Of a stretch of 64,000 nt of DNA, positions 56,212 to 64,000 are shown piece by piece; the first letter of the stretch is position 1; each line of letters starts with the position of its first letter. The stretch is taken from positions 32,001 to 96,000 of the IMG/VR virus record IMGVR_UViG_3300025581_000001; one strand, written 5' to 3'. Made by a program: the position numbers and the translations under genes. This stretch comes from a virus. The notes under the pieces are model-generated. The model ran no database searches, had not been told where the DNA came from, and saw nothing but the letters and a program-made list of their open reading frames with translations.

Positions 56212-56431
56212 AGAACTGAAAAGTGAACTTCACAATTTGGTGGGAGTAGGTTTGGACGATGCACAACTTGCAGAAATTAAGGACAACGTGCAGTACATAC
56301 TTGTGCTCCCCTCGTTGAGCAATTCGCAACTGAATGGGCTGCGCGATCGCATGGGCAAGACCTTTCCACGCATGGCGTTCTTGGCGCTTGCTGACCCCGA
56401 GAATGTGAAGTTGTTTGAGGTGAAGGAGTGA
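56198..56431 (+). CDS. Hypothetical protein
   Basis: SD GGAGG; start within track ORF 56150 (exact ATG uncertain). Confidence 0.45.
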   Translation, partial: TMKIEELKSELHNLVGVGLDDAQLAEIKDNVQYILVLPSLSNSQLNGLRDRMGKTFPRMAFLALADPENVKLFEVKE

Positions 56432-56619
56432 CTCGGGAGATTGTCTACGGCATTTTCATATTGCTCGTGATGGCATGGGCATACGTACTGGTCGGCGCGC
56501 TTATCGAGGCGTCGCTGCGTGCGACTGGGACGCTGGTCGTCACGTACTACAAAGCAAAGCAAGAGTGGTTAACCGCACTGGACGTTTCGACGTCCAGAAT
56601 AACTAAGGAGAAGGAATAA
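56428..56619 (+). CDS. Small membrane protein
   Basis: Hydrophobic helix IVYGIFILLVMAWAYVLVGALI. Confidence 0.55.
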   Translation: MTREIVYGIFILLVMAWAYVLVGALIEASLRATGTLVVTYYKAKQEWLTALDVSTSRITKEKE

Positions 56620-57863
56620 TGAGTTGGAAAGACACAGCAAAGCAACAGATGGTGAAAGCAGGCACGGGCAAGCGGTTCAAGTTGCAGAAGGGTGACAACA
56701 ACCTGCGCGTGCTGCCGACCAAAGATCACAAGGGCGACGAGGAGCCATCGGTATTCCACCCCTTCAATGTCCACCCCAACGTGGGGCCGGAGAAGCGCTG
56801 GCCGACCTGCGGCAAGGACGCCAATGGCAAGGGCCGTTGCTACACCTGCGACAAGAAGATTCCCAAGCTGGAAGCATCCAGCAGCCGCTCCGACCGCAAG
56901 CGGGCCGAGGACTCCAAGCCCATCGAGCAGCTGAAAATCCAGGTGGCCAGCTACAACCCCGAGGCCGAGAAGTTCAGCGGGCCGTTCCCGCTCGACCTGA
57001 AGGGCGGCGGTGCGGACTCGATCAGCTTCCGCATCCTGAAGGCGCTGCAGAACCCCAAGAAGGATTGCGTCGACCCCCGCCACGGTCACAACATCGGCAT
57101 CGAGGCCACAGGCGACAACCTGTCGCGCCGCTACTCATCGCCGGTCATTGACGACGACGAGACGATAGTGCCCAAGAGCATCTTGCTCGCCATGAAGACG
57201 TTCGACGAGCTGATTCCCAAGTACTCGGAGCAGGCACACATTGACGCGTGGTCGACCCGCGCCCGCGACGAGGAAGAGGACTACGACGAGCCGGAAGAGG
57301 ACGAGGAAGAGGAAGAAGAACGTCCCAAGAAGAAGGGCAAAGCTGTCGTCGAAGACGGTGATGAAGTGGAAGAAGTCGACGAGGAAGAAGACGAGCCTGC
57401 TCCCAAGAAGAAGCGCAAGGTCGTCGAGGACGAGGACGAAGAGGACGCCGAGGAAGAGGAACCGGCTCCCAAGAAGAAGAAGCGTCTAGCACCCGTCGAG
57501 GACGAGGACGAAGAGGAAGTCGAAGAAGAAGATGAAGAAGAGGAGCCAGCTCCCAAGAAGAAAGCCAAGGTCGTCGCTGAGGACGATGATGAGATCGATC
57601 CCGAATATGACAACATGGATGAGGAAGATGAGTCTGCGTCGAAGAAGAAGCGCAAGGTAGTCGAAGAAGAAGATGAAGAAGAGGAGCCCGCTCCCAAGAA
57701 GAAAGCCAAGAAGCCTCCGGTCGAGGAAGACGATGAAGAGGACGAGCCGGAAGACGACCCCGACCTGCCCGAGGAAGATGATGTGCCGGAAGACGAGGAA
57801 GAGGAACCAGCTCCCAAGAAGGTGACTAAGAAGTCTGCGCTCAAGAAGAAAGTGCGGCGCTAA
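56619..57863 (+). CDS. Single-stranded DNA-binding protein (T4 gp32-like) with long acidic/basic repeat tail
   Basis: FKLxxGxNxLRVLP, H...C...CxxC zinc site, DPxxGxNI; acidic C-terminus; neighbour of RecA. Confidence 0.7.
   Translation: MSWKDTAKQQMVKAGTGKRFKLQKGDNNLRVLPTKDHKGDEEPSVFHPFNVHPNVGPEKRWPTCGKDANGKGRCYTCDKKIPKLEASSSRSDRKRAEDSKPIEQLKIQVASYNPEAEKFSGPFPLDLKGGGADSISFRILKALQNPKKDCVDPRHGHNIGIEATGDNLSRRYSSPVIDDDETIVPKSILLAMKTFDELIPKYSEQAHIDAWSTRARDEEEDYDEPEEDEEEEEERPKKKGKAVVEDGDEVEEVDEEEDEPAPKKKRKVVEDEDEEDAEEEEPAPKKKKRLAPVEDEDEEEVEEEDEEEEPAPKKKAKVVAEDDDEIDPEYDNMDEEDESASKKKRKVVEEEDEEEEPAPKKKAKKPPVEEDDEEDEPEDDPDLPEEDDVPEDEEEEPAPKKVTKKSALKKKVRR
57268..57860 (+). repeat. Coding low-complexity repeats (E/D)n-PAPKKK-xKxVE
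   Basis: About seven alternating acidic runs and PKKK blocks; GCTCCCAAGAAG recurs five times. Confidence 0.85.
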
Positions 57864-57870
57864 CGAAGGT

Positions 57871-57966
57871 TCGTGCGACTGCGACATGATACCTGAAGTG
57901 CTATCAGATTCTGGGCGCGAAGAGAAATGCTGAGAGACTCGCCTCGTTAGCCCTTCAGTCGCACGA
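57871..57966 (+). ncRNA. Candidate structured intergenic RNA
   Basis: Perfect 11-bp closing stem TCGTGCGACTG/CAGTCGCACGA enclosing two sub-stems. Confidence 0.35.
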
Positions 57967-57979
57967 TTAAGGTTGCCCT

Positions 57980-58282
57980 ATGGAAACATGCAAAACAGAA
58001 CGTAAGTACTATTATAAGGACGTGCCGGGGCTGGGCAACGTGGCGGTCAGCCGCCATGCCCAGTTCCGCATGGACGAGCAGGGCATCCCCGAGACATCAT
58101 TTGAGCGGGCGCTGCTGACCCCGGTGGGTGGCGACACGCCTGATGGCATCGGGATACGCTGGCGTGAGCGCGACGGGGTGCGGCTGGTCATCATGGAGAG
58201 GCCGGAGCCGTGGCGCGGTGCGATGCTGGTGAAGACAGTGCACCGCGTGCTGGCAGCATTTGAACTGAAAGGGAAGGCATGA
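57980..58282 (+). CDS. DUF4258-like small protein
   Basis: SRHAxxRMxExGI and LVKTV motifs. Confidence 0.5.
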   Translation: METCKTERKYYYKDVPGLGNVAVSRHAQFRMDEQGIPETSFERALLTPVGGDTPDGIGIRWRERDGVRLVIMERPEPWRGAMLVKTVHRVLAAFELKGKA

Positions 58283-58548
58283 ACCTGCAAGGTACGCATA
58301 TTCTATTTATTGAATCTGGGCCTACTGGGAAGAAGACAGAAAGGTGGAATGTGTTTTCTAAATACGAGATAACTGAGAATGACTCGTTCGCTGGGCTTCT
58401 CGGTCAAGTGAAGTGGTTTGGCAGGTGGAGAAAGTACAGCTTCTTCCCGGTAATGGGTGCAATCTTCGAGGAGATTTGTTTGCGGGATATTGCTCAGTTT
58501 TGCGTCGACGCTACCAAAGAGCATCGCCAACGGAAGAAGGCTGCATGA
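58279..58548 (+). CDS. Conserved phage hypothetical protein
   Basis: LGQVKWFGRWRKYSFFP...CLRDIAQF. Confidence 0.6.
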   Translation: MNLQGTHILFIESGPTGKKTERWNVFSKYEITENDSFAGLLGQVKWFGRWRKYSFFPVMGAIFEEICLRDIAQFCVDATKEHRQRKKAA

Positions 58549-59588
58549 TCACCAAGAAGAAAATCCGCAAGCTGACTCCGCAGCAGGAAGTCAAACTGTT
58601 GCAAAAAGCTCTTGGCTATGTTTGCTTTCAGGAAGATGAGACCTCGGTCTATGAGCATCTCGACTTGGGCAATCCCGACGCTAACGAACTGCTGGGCGAC
58701 CGTGAGTTGGGTATGCGATGGGGTTGTATCGTTGAGTTGCACGGGCCGAACTCCTCTGGCAAGACGTGGTTGGCTACACGGATATCCGCCATCGCGCAGC
58801 AGCAGGACGAGCACGTGTACGTGGCCAAGGCCGACCTCGAAGGCAGCAACGACGACCGCTTCAATGAGAAGGTAGGCATCGACCTGCAGCGCTTCTACTT
58901 GTTCAAGGCGTCATTGGCGGTCTCGGTACAGGAGCTGGCCAAGATAGACGCCCTGCGTAAGAAGAAGGCGGAAGGCGGTAAGCTGACGACGTTGCAGGAA
59001 GAGAAGCTGGCCACGCCTCCCGAAGCCTACGAGCAGTCGGCGGAGCAGGTCTGTGATGAGATCGAGGCGTGGATAAAGTTCCGCCACGTCCGTGACCCGC
59101 GAGCCAAGATTGTGCTCATCATCGACAGCGTGACTGGCATGCTGGTGTCGGAGGAGGACGAGGGCCATCTGTCCGACCAGAACATGCGCACCAAGGTTAG
59201 CCTTGCGTCGTTCCTGTCGTTGTTGTGCCGTCGTTGGGTGCGGCTGGCGTCGAACTACAAGGTCATCATGCTGTTCATCAACCAGGAGCGCGAGGCTCCG
59301 GGCGTGATGTACGGCAGCCCCATCCGCACTAGTGGTGGTAATGCACTGAAGTTTTATGCGGTGGTACGGGTGCGCATCCGGCGCTCTGGCAATGGCCGCA
59401 TTTTGAAAGACAAGAAGATGATCGGGCTGCGCAGTATCCTGCTGAATGAGAAGAACAAGGTCGGAGGCCGCGAAGGTGGGGAGCTGGCCTTCAAGGGTTA
59501 TCCACGCACAGGAAAGTGGTCGTGGATAAGCAAAGAGCAGGCTGACAAGGAAAGTGCGGCTGGCAGGAAAGCGAAGGTGAAGAAATGA
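58545..59588 (+). CDS. recA: RecA/UvsX-like recombinase
   Basis: IVELHGPNSSGKT, IIDSV, FINQER, SGGNALKFYAxVR, KNKV; ATG 58545 in ATGA overlap. Confidence 0.88.
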   Translation: MITKKKIRKLTPQQEVKLLQKALGYVCFQEDETSVYEHLDLGNPDANELLGDRELGMRWGCIVELHGPNSSGKTWLATRISAIAQQQDEHVYVAKADLEGSNDDRFNEKVGIDLQRFYLFKASLAVSVQELAKIDALRKKKAEGGKLTTLQEEKLATPPEAYEQSAEQVCDEIEAWIKFRHVRDPRAKIVLIIDSVTGMLVSEEDEGHLSDQNMRTKVSLASFLSLLCRRWVRLASNYKVIMLFINQEREAPGVMYGSPIRTSGGNALKFYAVVRVRIRRSGNGRILKDKKMIGLRSILLNEKNKVGGREGGELAFKGYPRTGKWSWISKEQADKESAAGRKAKVKK

Positions 59589-59866
59589 TGTCAGTTTGGA
59601 AGTTTGAGTTTGAGATTAAAGACGGGCCGCAAGCTGTTGTGATGCCGATGGGCGCGCATCTGCTGTCGGTCGGAATGCAGCGAGATACGCTTTGCCTGTG
59701 GGCGTTTGTTGATACCGCAGCTGTGACGGAGAAGCGATTCTTCGTTGTGCATGGAACCGGGCACCCAATTAAGTTGGGTGAGACCTATGTAGGTACTGCA
59801 ATGCACGGTGCCTTGGTTTGGCACTTGTTTATGAGTTTGGGCTTAAAGGAGGCCAAGAATGGCTGA
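59585..59866 (+). CDS. Conserved phage hypothetical protein
   Basis: VWKF...MPxGAxLLSV...LWA.VD...GTGHP...YVGT...VWHLF. Confidence 0.65.
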   Translation: MMSVWKFEFEIKDGPQAVVMPMGAHLLSVGMQRDTLCLWAFVDTAAVTEKRFFVVHGTGHPIKLGETYVGTAMHGALVWHLFMSLGLKEAKNG

Positions 59867-59926
59867 ACAGCAGAAACAGCAAGGCAAGGGGCGTCCGGCA
59901 GCGTCGGATGCGCCTACGGATGTGAT

Positions 59927-60413
59927 ATGAAGTGTCAGTTCTGTAAATGTCAGTTTTCACCTAAGACAAACTGGCAGAAGTTTTGTTCTCGTGCTTGCCG
60001 AAATGATGTTACGAAGCAAGCACGAGTTTGGAACGGCCAACGACGTTCAGAAGTTTTGCCTCAACTGTGTTCTTCTGCAGCAGGAGCAGTGAAACGAGTT
60101 AATTGTGGCGACTGACTTGATGCTGCGAGGTTACGATGTTTTTCACGCGATGAGTCCAAGTAGCTCCTGTGACTTGGTGGTAGTTATTAGTAAAAGCAGT
60201 ATTAGAATTCAAGTGAGATCAGCTTACATGAAAGCTGGTGGGCTACTCGGAGGCTTAAAGCCTCTTCCGAAGGATGCAGATAGGCAAGATGTCTTTGCTC
60301 ATGTTTTTGGAGATAGTATTTATTATGACCCTCCAATTTCAACGTGGGCTGACTTGAACAAGCAACATAAAGAGAAGGAGCAAAATGATGGCAAGCAAAA
60401 AAGAAATCATTAA
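59927..60413 (+). pseudogene. Zn-finger + PD-(D/E)XK homing-endonuclease-like gene split by one extra A
   Basis: CxxC...QKFCSxxC then, after deleting one A at 60092-60094, GAVNELIVATDLMLRGYDVF...CDLVV...RIQVRS; lower GC than flanks. Confidence 0.65.
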
Positions 60414-60762
60414 CAACGACCAATCAAACCAAAGTAGCGACGTAGCGCAGACAAACGTGCCTGTGGAAGGCACTAACGATGTGGAAACGGGCTGGAAACG
60501 AGGCCCAGATTTACATTTTACACCACTGACGCCTACTGACCGTGCCAAGACTTTGGTACAAGATGGTCTGGGACTATTCGATGCTGACGAGCCAAGCGTC
60601 TCGCGGCAAGTCGTGTCACTGGTGGCCTCAGCAGTAAGCAATTGTCCGAAAGAAGAACGGGTGGCGTTCCGCGTCGAGGGCAAGCTGCGGTGCGAGCGGC
60701 TGAAGCAGTTTAGCGAGATGCTTTTCAACGAGTTCATCTACCAGACGGCGACGCTCAAGTAA
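60385..60762 (+). CDS. Hypothetical protein (possibly with a replaced N-terminus)
   Basis: SD AAGGAG; GC3 bias stronger in the 3' half. Confidence 0.55.
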   Translation: MMASKKEIINNDQSNQSSDVAQTNVPVEGTNDVETGWKRGPDLHFTPLTPTDRAKTLVQDGLGLFDADEPSVSRQVVSLVASAVSNCPKEERVAFRVEGKLRCERLKQFSEMLFNEFIYQTATLK

Positions 60763-60768
60763 GGAGGA

Positions 60769-61068
60769 ATGATGAAGAAAAAGGATGACGCTGTGGTGGT
60801 TGTTCATTCTGAGAAGGTTCATGATGAACGTCAGGTTCCTGTATATCTTGGTGACAGCTTTCGCGAGTTGGTTCGCGACCGTGTTGGAGTTCAGGGGCTG
60901 CTTCAATACGCCGAGCGGCGCTTTCGGGAACTCGGGGTTATGGGAGAAGCAATCTGGAATAAGATTTTCCTTGAATGCGGGGTGACGCGGGGAACCGACG
61001 ACCGATGGGAGTATGACCAGCAACATAACGTAATTCGGTTGGTGAAGAAAGCTGCGCCGAAGAAATGA
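60769..61068 (+). CDS. Hypothetical protein
   Basis: SD AAGGAGG. Confidence 0.55.
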   Translation: MMKKKDDAVVVVHSEKVHDERQVPVYLGDSFRELVRDRVGVQGLLQYAERRFRELGVMGEAIWNKIFLECGVTRGTDDRWEYDQQHNVIRLVKKAAPKK

Positions 61069-62069
61069 AGAAGCAACAACTATCGCTCAGCCTGCGGCCC
61101 AAGAGCTTCACCGAGCTGGTCGGTCAGCAGGCTGTGGTCAAGAGTATCGAGAAGCATGTCGCAGGCGAGCGGCTGGCGACCGCGTGGCTGTTTACCGGAG
61201 CCCCCGGCACTGGCAAGACCAGCATTGCCCGCATCATTGCACTGTCGTTGCAGTGCACCCATGCACCGTTCGGATACCCTTGCATTGAGTGCCGACGCAA
61301 CCGCAGTAGCTTCGACATTAAAGAGGAGAAGGCTGCGACTCTAACATCTGGCGAGACACACGGCGAGGCATTGGAAGTATGGCTCAATGACCGGAACTTT
61401 CTTCCGTCGGAAGGTTCGCAACGACGGGTCTACATCCTCGATGAGCCACAGACGATTTCCGGTAAGGGACAGGATTTCCTGCTCGACGCATTGGAGCCGA
61501 AGAACCAGGTCGAGACATCGGTGCTCATCCTGTGCACGTCGCAGCCGAGTAGATTGAACAAGGCAATGCGCCGCCGCTGCGTGAACTACCACATGCGAAC
61601 GCTCAACGAGGACGAGGTCGAGCAGTATGTAACGTGGGCTTTGCAGAAGGCAGGCAGCAAGCTTCCAGCCAAGCCTTTATCGGATGCGCTGGTTGCGAAG
61701 GAGGTCAGCGCGCCCGGCTTCCTGGTGATGGCCTGTGAACGCTATCTGACCGGGATGCCAGCGAAGGAAGCGGCGCAGGTGGACGCCGACTTCGGCTATG
61801 ATCATCGGGTGCTGACGCGGGCCATTTTCCGGGGTGATTGGGAAGCAGCTCGTACCGAATTGCAGAAGGCGACGCCGGAGGATGCTGGGTCAATCCAGAT
61901 GGGGGTCGCTGGCTACTTGCGGGCAGTGCTGCTGAACAGTGATGCCGGGGAGCAGGCGGCTGCGGTGTCCAAGGGCATCAAGATGCTGTCGACGAATTCG
62001 CCGGATAGGTTGATGCTGAGCATTATTTCGGCAGTTAGCTACGACCTTTGTCGAACTTTTAAGAGGTAA
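61065..62069 (+). CDS. dnaX: Clamp loader AAA+ ATPase, DnaX (gamma/tau)-like
   Basis: LRPKSFxELVGQ, WLFTGAPGTGKTSIARI, PCxEC, VYILDE, LCTS, RRRC. Confidence 0.85.
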   Translation: MKKQQLSLSLRPKSFTELVGQQAVVKSIEKHVAGERLATAWLFTGAPGTGKTSIARIIALSLQCTHAPFGYPCIECRRNRSSFDIKEEKAATLTSGETHGEALEVWLNDRNFLPSEGSQRRVYILDEPQTISGKGQDFLLDALEPKNQVETSVLILCTSQPSRLNKAMRRRCVNYHMRTLNEDEVEQYVTWALQKAGSKLPAKPLSDALVAKEVSAPGFLVMACERYLTGMPAKEAAQVDADFGYDHRVLTRAIFRGDWEAARTELQKATPEDAGSIQMGVAGYLRAVLLNSDAGEQAAAVSKGIKMLSTNSPDRLMLSIISAVSYDLCRTFKR

Positions 62070-62354
62070 ATGAAAATGCCATTGTGCAGGACTCCAATTG
62101 AACTGGGCCACAGCGTTGTGGTTTACTGCGTCCTCAAGGAGAAGCATCAAGGGCGCTGCTTGCCGGAGAAGGTGCCATGCCAGAAATGTGTGGCGTTGGC
62201 GCGGTGGTGGAAGGAGCACGGTGGAGCGCCTGTGGTTGCCAGCGAGCCGAACATGTGCGTTGAGATAAGCCCGCATGACAAACAGCCTTGTGGCTTTCCG
62301 GCAGGGCATAACTATCAGCACGGTAGCGGAGTGCTGCGACGGACTTGGGAATGA
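62070..62354 (+). CDS. Cys/His-rich small protein
   Basis: ORF between dnaX-like and sbcD-sbcC; ATGA overlap. Confidence 0.45.
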   Translation: MKMPLCRTPIELGHSVVVYCVLKEKHQGRCLPEKVPCQKCVALARWWKEHGGAPVVASEPNMCVEISPHDKQPCGFPAGHNYQHGSGVLRRTWE

Positions 62355-64000
62355 GAATTCTTGTCACCGCCGACGTGCAGGCTGAGTGGTCGTGCTTGCC
62401 ACAGTGCCGCCAAGCGCTGTGTCAGATCAAACTCTTGGTCAAGCAGTACGACTTGGATGCAGTGGTGGTTGCAGGCGATTTGAAAGCAGCCTACGACCCG
62501 GTGCAGGTGCGGGTCATACAGTTTTGGCAAGGTGCGATTCACCAGCTGCGCAAGTTAGGAGTCAGGGTTCTTGTGCTCTTGGGCAACCACGACCGCATCG
62601 GCATGTACAGCGACGCTCAGAACTGGCTGTCGATACTGCGGCGTGCCGGGGCCGAGACCTTCGACACCGCCGAGGTGGTGGACGTGGGCAATGGCACAAT
62701 AGCGATGCTGCCGTTTACCACCTCGGTAAGTTTGCTGCGCAAGCGGGCGGCGCGGTTGGCGAAGCAGGGGGCTGACGTGTTGGTGTTCCATGCCGACGTG
62801 CGCGAGTGCCGCTACAACGCGTTGGGAGAGAAGTCGCATGCTCGGGTGTCGGTTGCCGAGTTGCACCCGGAGATGTATAAGCTGGTGGTGGGCGGGCACA
62901 TCCACATGCCACAGAAGTACTATGTGGGCAGCCCGTTCTGCACCGAGTGGGGCGAGGCCAACCAGCGCAAACGGTTCCTGCTGTGGCTGGACGGCAAGAC
63001 GTTAAGTATAGACTCGGAGATACCAGGTTGGTTCGATGAGTCGTGGCCGGGCTTCAAGAAGCCTGCGAGTTGGGAGGGAACGCATGTACGAGTCCATGTG
63101 GACTGTGAAAGCAGTAACTACCTCAGGAGAATGCAGGCCGCTGCATCTCTCAGCAATAAACGCTTCCGAGGGGCAAGTATTAGCATTTTGCCTAAGTTTG
63201 GAAATGCTGGAGTCATACGAGATACAAGCGTTGGAGTTGGTGCTTCCGACGAAGCAAACATTGCTCAGTACGTTGCTGAGACATTGCCTGCAAGACTGGA
63301 CGCCAAGCAGGTGGTGGGGTTCTTATCGCACAAGGTCGACGCCGTAGCTCGACGCCGCCGTGTTGAAGGGGCGCAGATACGCATCACGGGGGTCGAAGCG
63401 CAGAACGTCCTCAGCTTCAAGAAGGTCGAGTGCAGATTCGACCAGCCTGGCATCACCTGTGTCGAGGGGGTCAACCACGACTGGAACGGGCAGAGCAATG
63501 GCGCGGGTAAGACCTCGCTGCTCAGTCTTATCTCGGTGGCATGGAGTGGTACGACATTCAAAGGGCAGAAGTTCGACGGCTGGGCTCGGCAGGGAACTAA
63601 GCGACCAGCATGGGTGAAGCTGCACTTGCAGGACGCAGTGGGCACCAAGCTGGACATGGTGCGTGGGCGCAGGCCGGTAAAGCTGCAGTTGTGGGTGAAT
63701 GGACACGATCAGTCGGCGGGCATGAACCGTAGCGCCAAGGACGGCACCCAAGCGCTCATCGAGCAGGTCACAGGCTTCACGTGGCAGACGCTGGCCAACA
63801 GCGTCTACATTGACCGTGCCACTACCGACGCCTTCCTGCGAGGCACCAAGAAGGACAGGGCCGACCTGCTATACCGCTTCCAGAATCTGGAGCGCTTCGA
63901 GAAGGCGCTGCTGCTGGTGCGCGACGACACCCGCAAGCACGGCGTTGCGATCGAGCAGGCGCAGGCGGCGGTCGACATGCTGGATGGACAAGTGGTGTCT
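62351..64000 (+). CDS. SbcD-SbcC (Mre11-Rad50) fusion, truncated by window end
   Basis: Translated by hand without an in-frame stop: MRILVTADVQ, AGDLK, LGNHD, VFH, GGHIH, YVGSP then IRITGVEAQNVLSF and Walker A SNGAGKTS; absent from the ORF track because it has no stop. Confidence 0.85.
   Translation, partial: MRILVTADVQAEWSCLPQCRQALCQIKLLVKQYDLDAVVVAGDLKAAYDPVQVRVIQFWQGAIHQLRKLGVRVLVLLGNHDRIGMYSDAQNWLSILRRAGAETFDTAEVVDVGNGTIAMLPFTTSVSLLRKRAARLAKQGADVLVFHADVRECRYNALGEKSHARVSVAELHPEMYKLVVGGHIHMPQKYYVGSPFCTEWGEANQRKRFLLWLDGKTLSIDSEIPGWFDESWPGFKKPASWEGTHVRVHVDCESSNYLRRMQAAASLSNKRFRGASISILPKFGNAGVIRDTSVGVGASDEANIAQYVAETLPARLDAKQVVGFLSHKVDAVARRRRVEGAQIRITGVEAQNVLSFKKVECRFDQPGITCVEGVNHDWNGQSNGAGKTSLLSLISVAWSGTTFKGQKFDGWARQGTKRPAWVKLHLQDAVGTKLDMVRGRRPVKLQLWVNGHDQSAGMNRSAKDGTQALIEQVTGFTWQTLANSVYIDRATTDAFLRGTKKDRADLLYRFQNLERFEKALLLVRDDTRKHGVAIEQAQAAVDMLDGQVVS

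Larger units (their letters stand above)
1..64000 (+). mobile_element. Segment of a large tailed dsDNA phage genome (siphovirus-like morphogenesis plus self-encoded replisome)
   Basis: Co-oriented, tightly packed genes with ATGA/GTGA overlaps; portal-protease-capsid-neck-tail-tape measure order; phage-type replication genes; no bacterial housekeeping operons. Confidence 0.95.

Noticed and set aside
57871-57966. Hammerhead ribozyme or tRNA
   Set aside because: No CUGANGA/GAAA core in the right arrangement on either strand, and no T-loop or cloverleaf
59922-60540. Group I intron carrying the PD-(D/E)XK endonuclease
   Set aside because: Almost no non-coding space for a ribozyme core, and the inferred boundaries do not give the expected exon-U / terminal-G
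1639-63751. Long minus-strand ORFs (e.g. 1639..2946, 15742..16980, 19439..20500, 40226..41419)
   Set aside because: Antisense shadows of GC3-biased plus-strand genes, with no recognisable motifs
1-64000. Alternative genetic code (stop codon reassignment)
   Set aside because: Conserved genes are full length under the standard code and end in TAA, TAG and TGA; the two split genes are explained by single-base insertions

Overview
The whole window reads as one stretch of a large, GC-rich tailed dsDNA phage genome, with essentially all credible genes on the + strand. Layout: (1) 1-10 kb, small accessory genes (DUF1257/DUF2997/DUF3150-like cluster, GT9 glycosyltransferase, KTSC, RAMA/DUF2924-like). 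(2) 10.1-12.3 kb, a TIGR-Tas-like RNA-guided locus. A 330-aa IS110/Nop-domain-like protein with no RuvC domain or IS110 catalytic serine is followed directly by a 1.17-kb array of about 31 units of about 36 nt. Each unit has two alternating 9-nt repeats (GAACGAGTC and GAGAGHACC) separated by two unique 9-nt spacers, and the array ends in a hairpin. (3) 12.4-36.5 kb, a siphovirus-like morphogenesis module: portal, protease/scaffold, major capsid, neck, tail tube, -1 frameshifted tail chaperone, tape measure, tail hub, and a propeller-repeat tail protein with a C-terminal Hint domain. (4) 36.8-64 kb, replication/recombination: SF2 helicase, DnaB, primase, 5'-3' exonuclease, sigma factor, three N4/N6 DNA methyltransferases with shared termini, beta-clamp-like protein, UDG-PolA fusion, gp32-like SSB, RecA, DnaX-like clamp loader, and an SbcD-SbcC (Mre11-Rad50) fusion that runs off the window and is missing from the ORF track. 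No terminase, integrase, lysis gene, tRNA or rRNA was recognised. All family calls come from motif recognition by eye; no searches were run.
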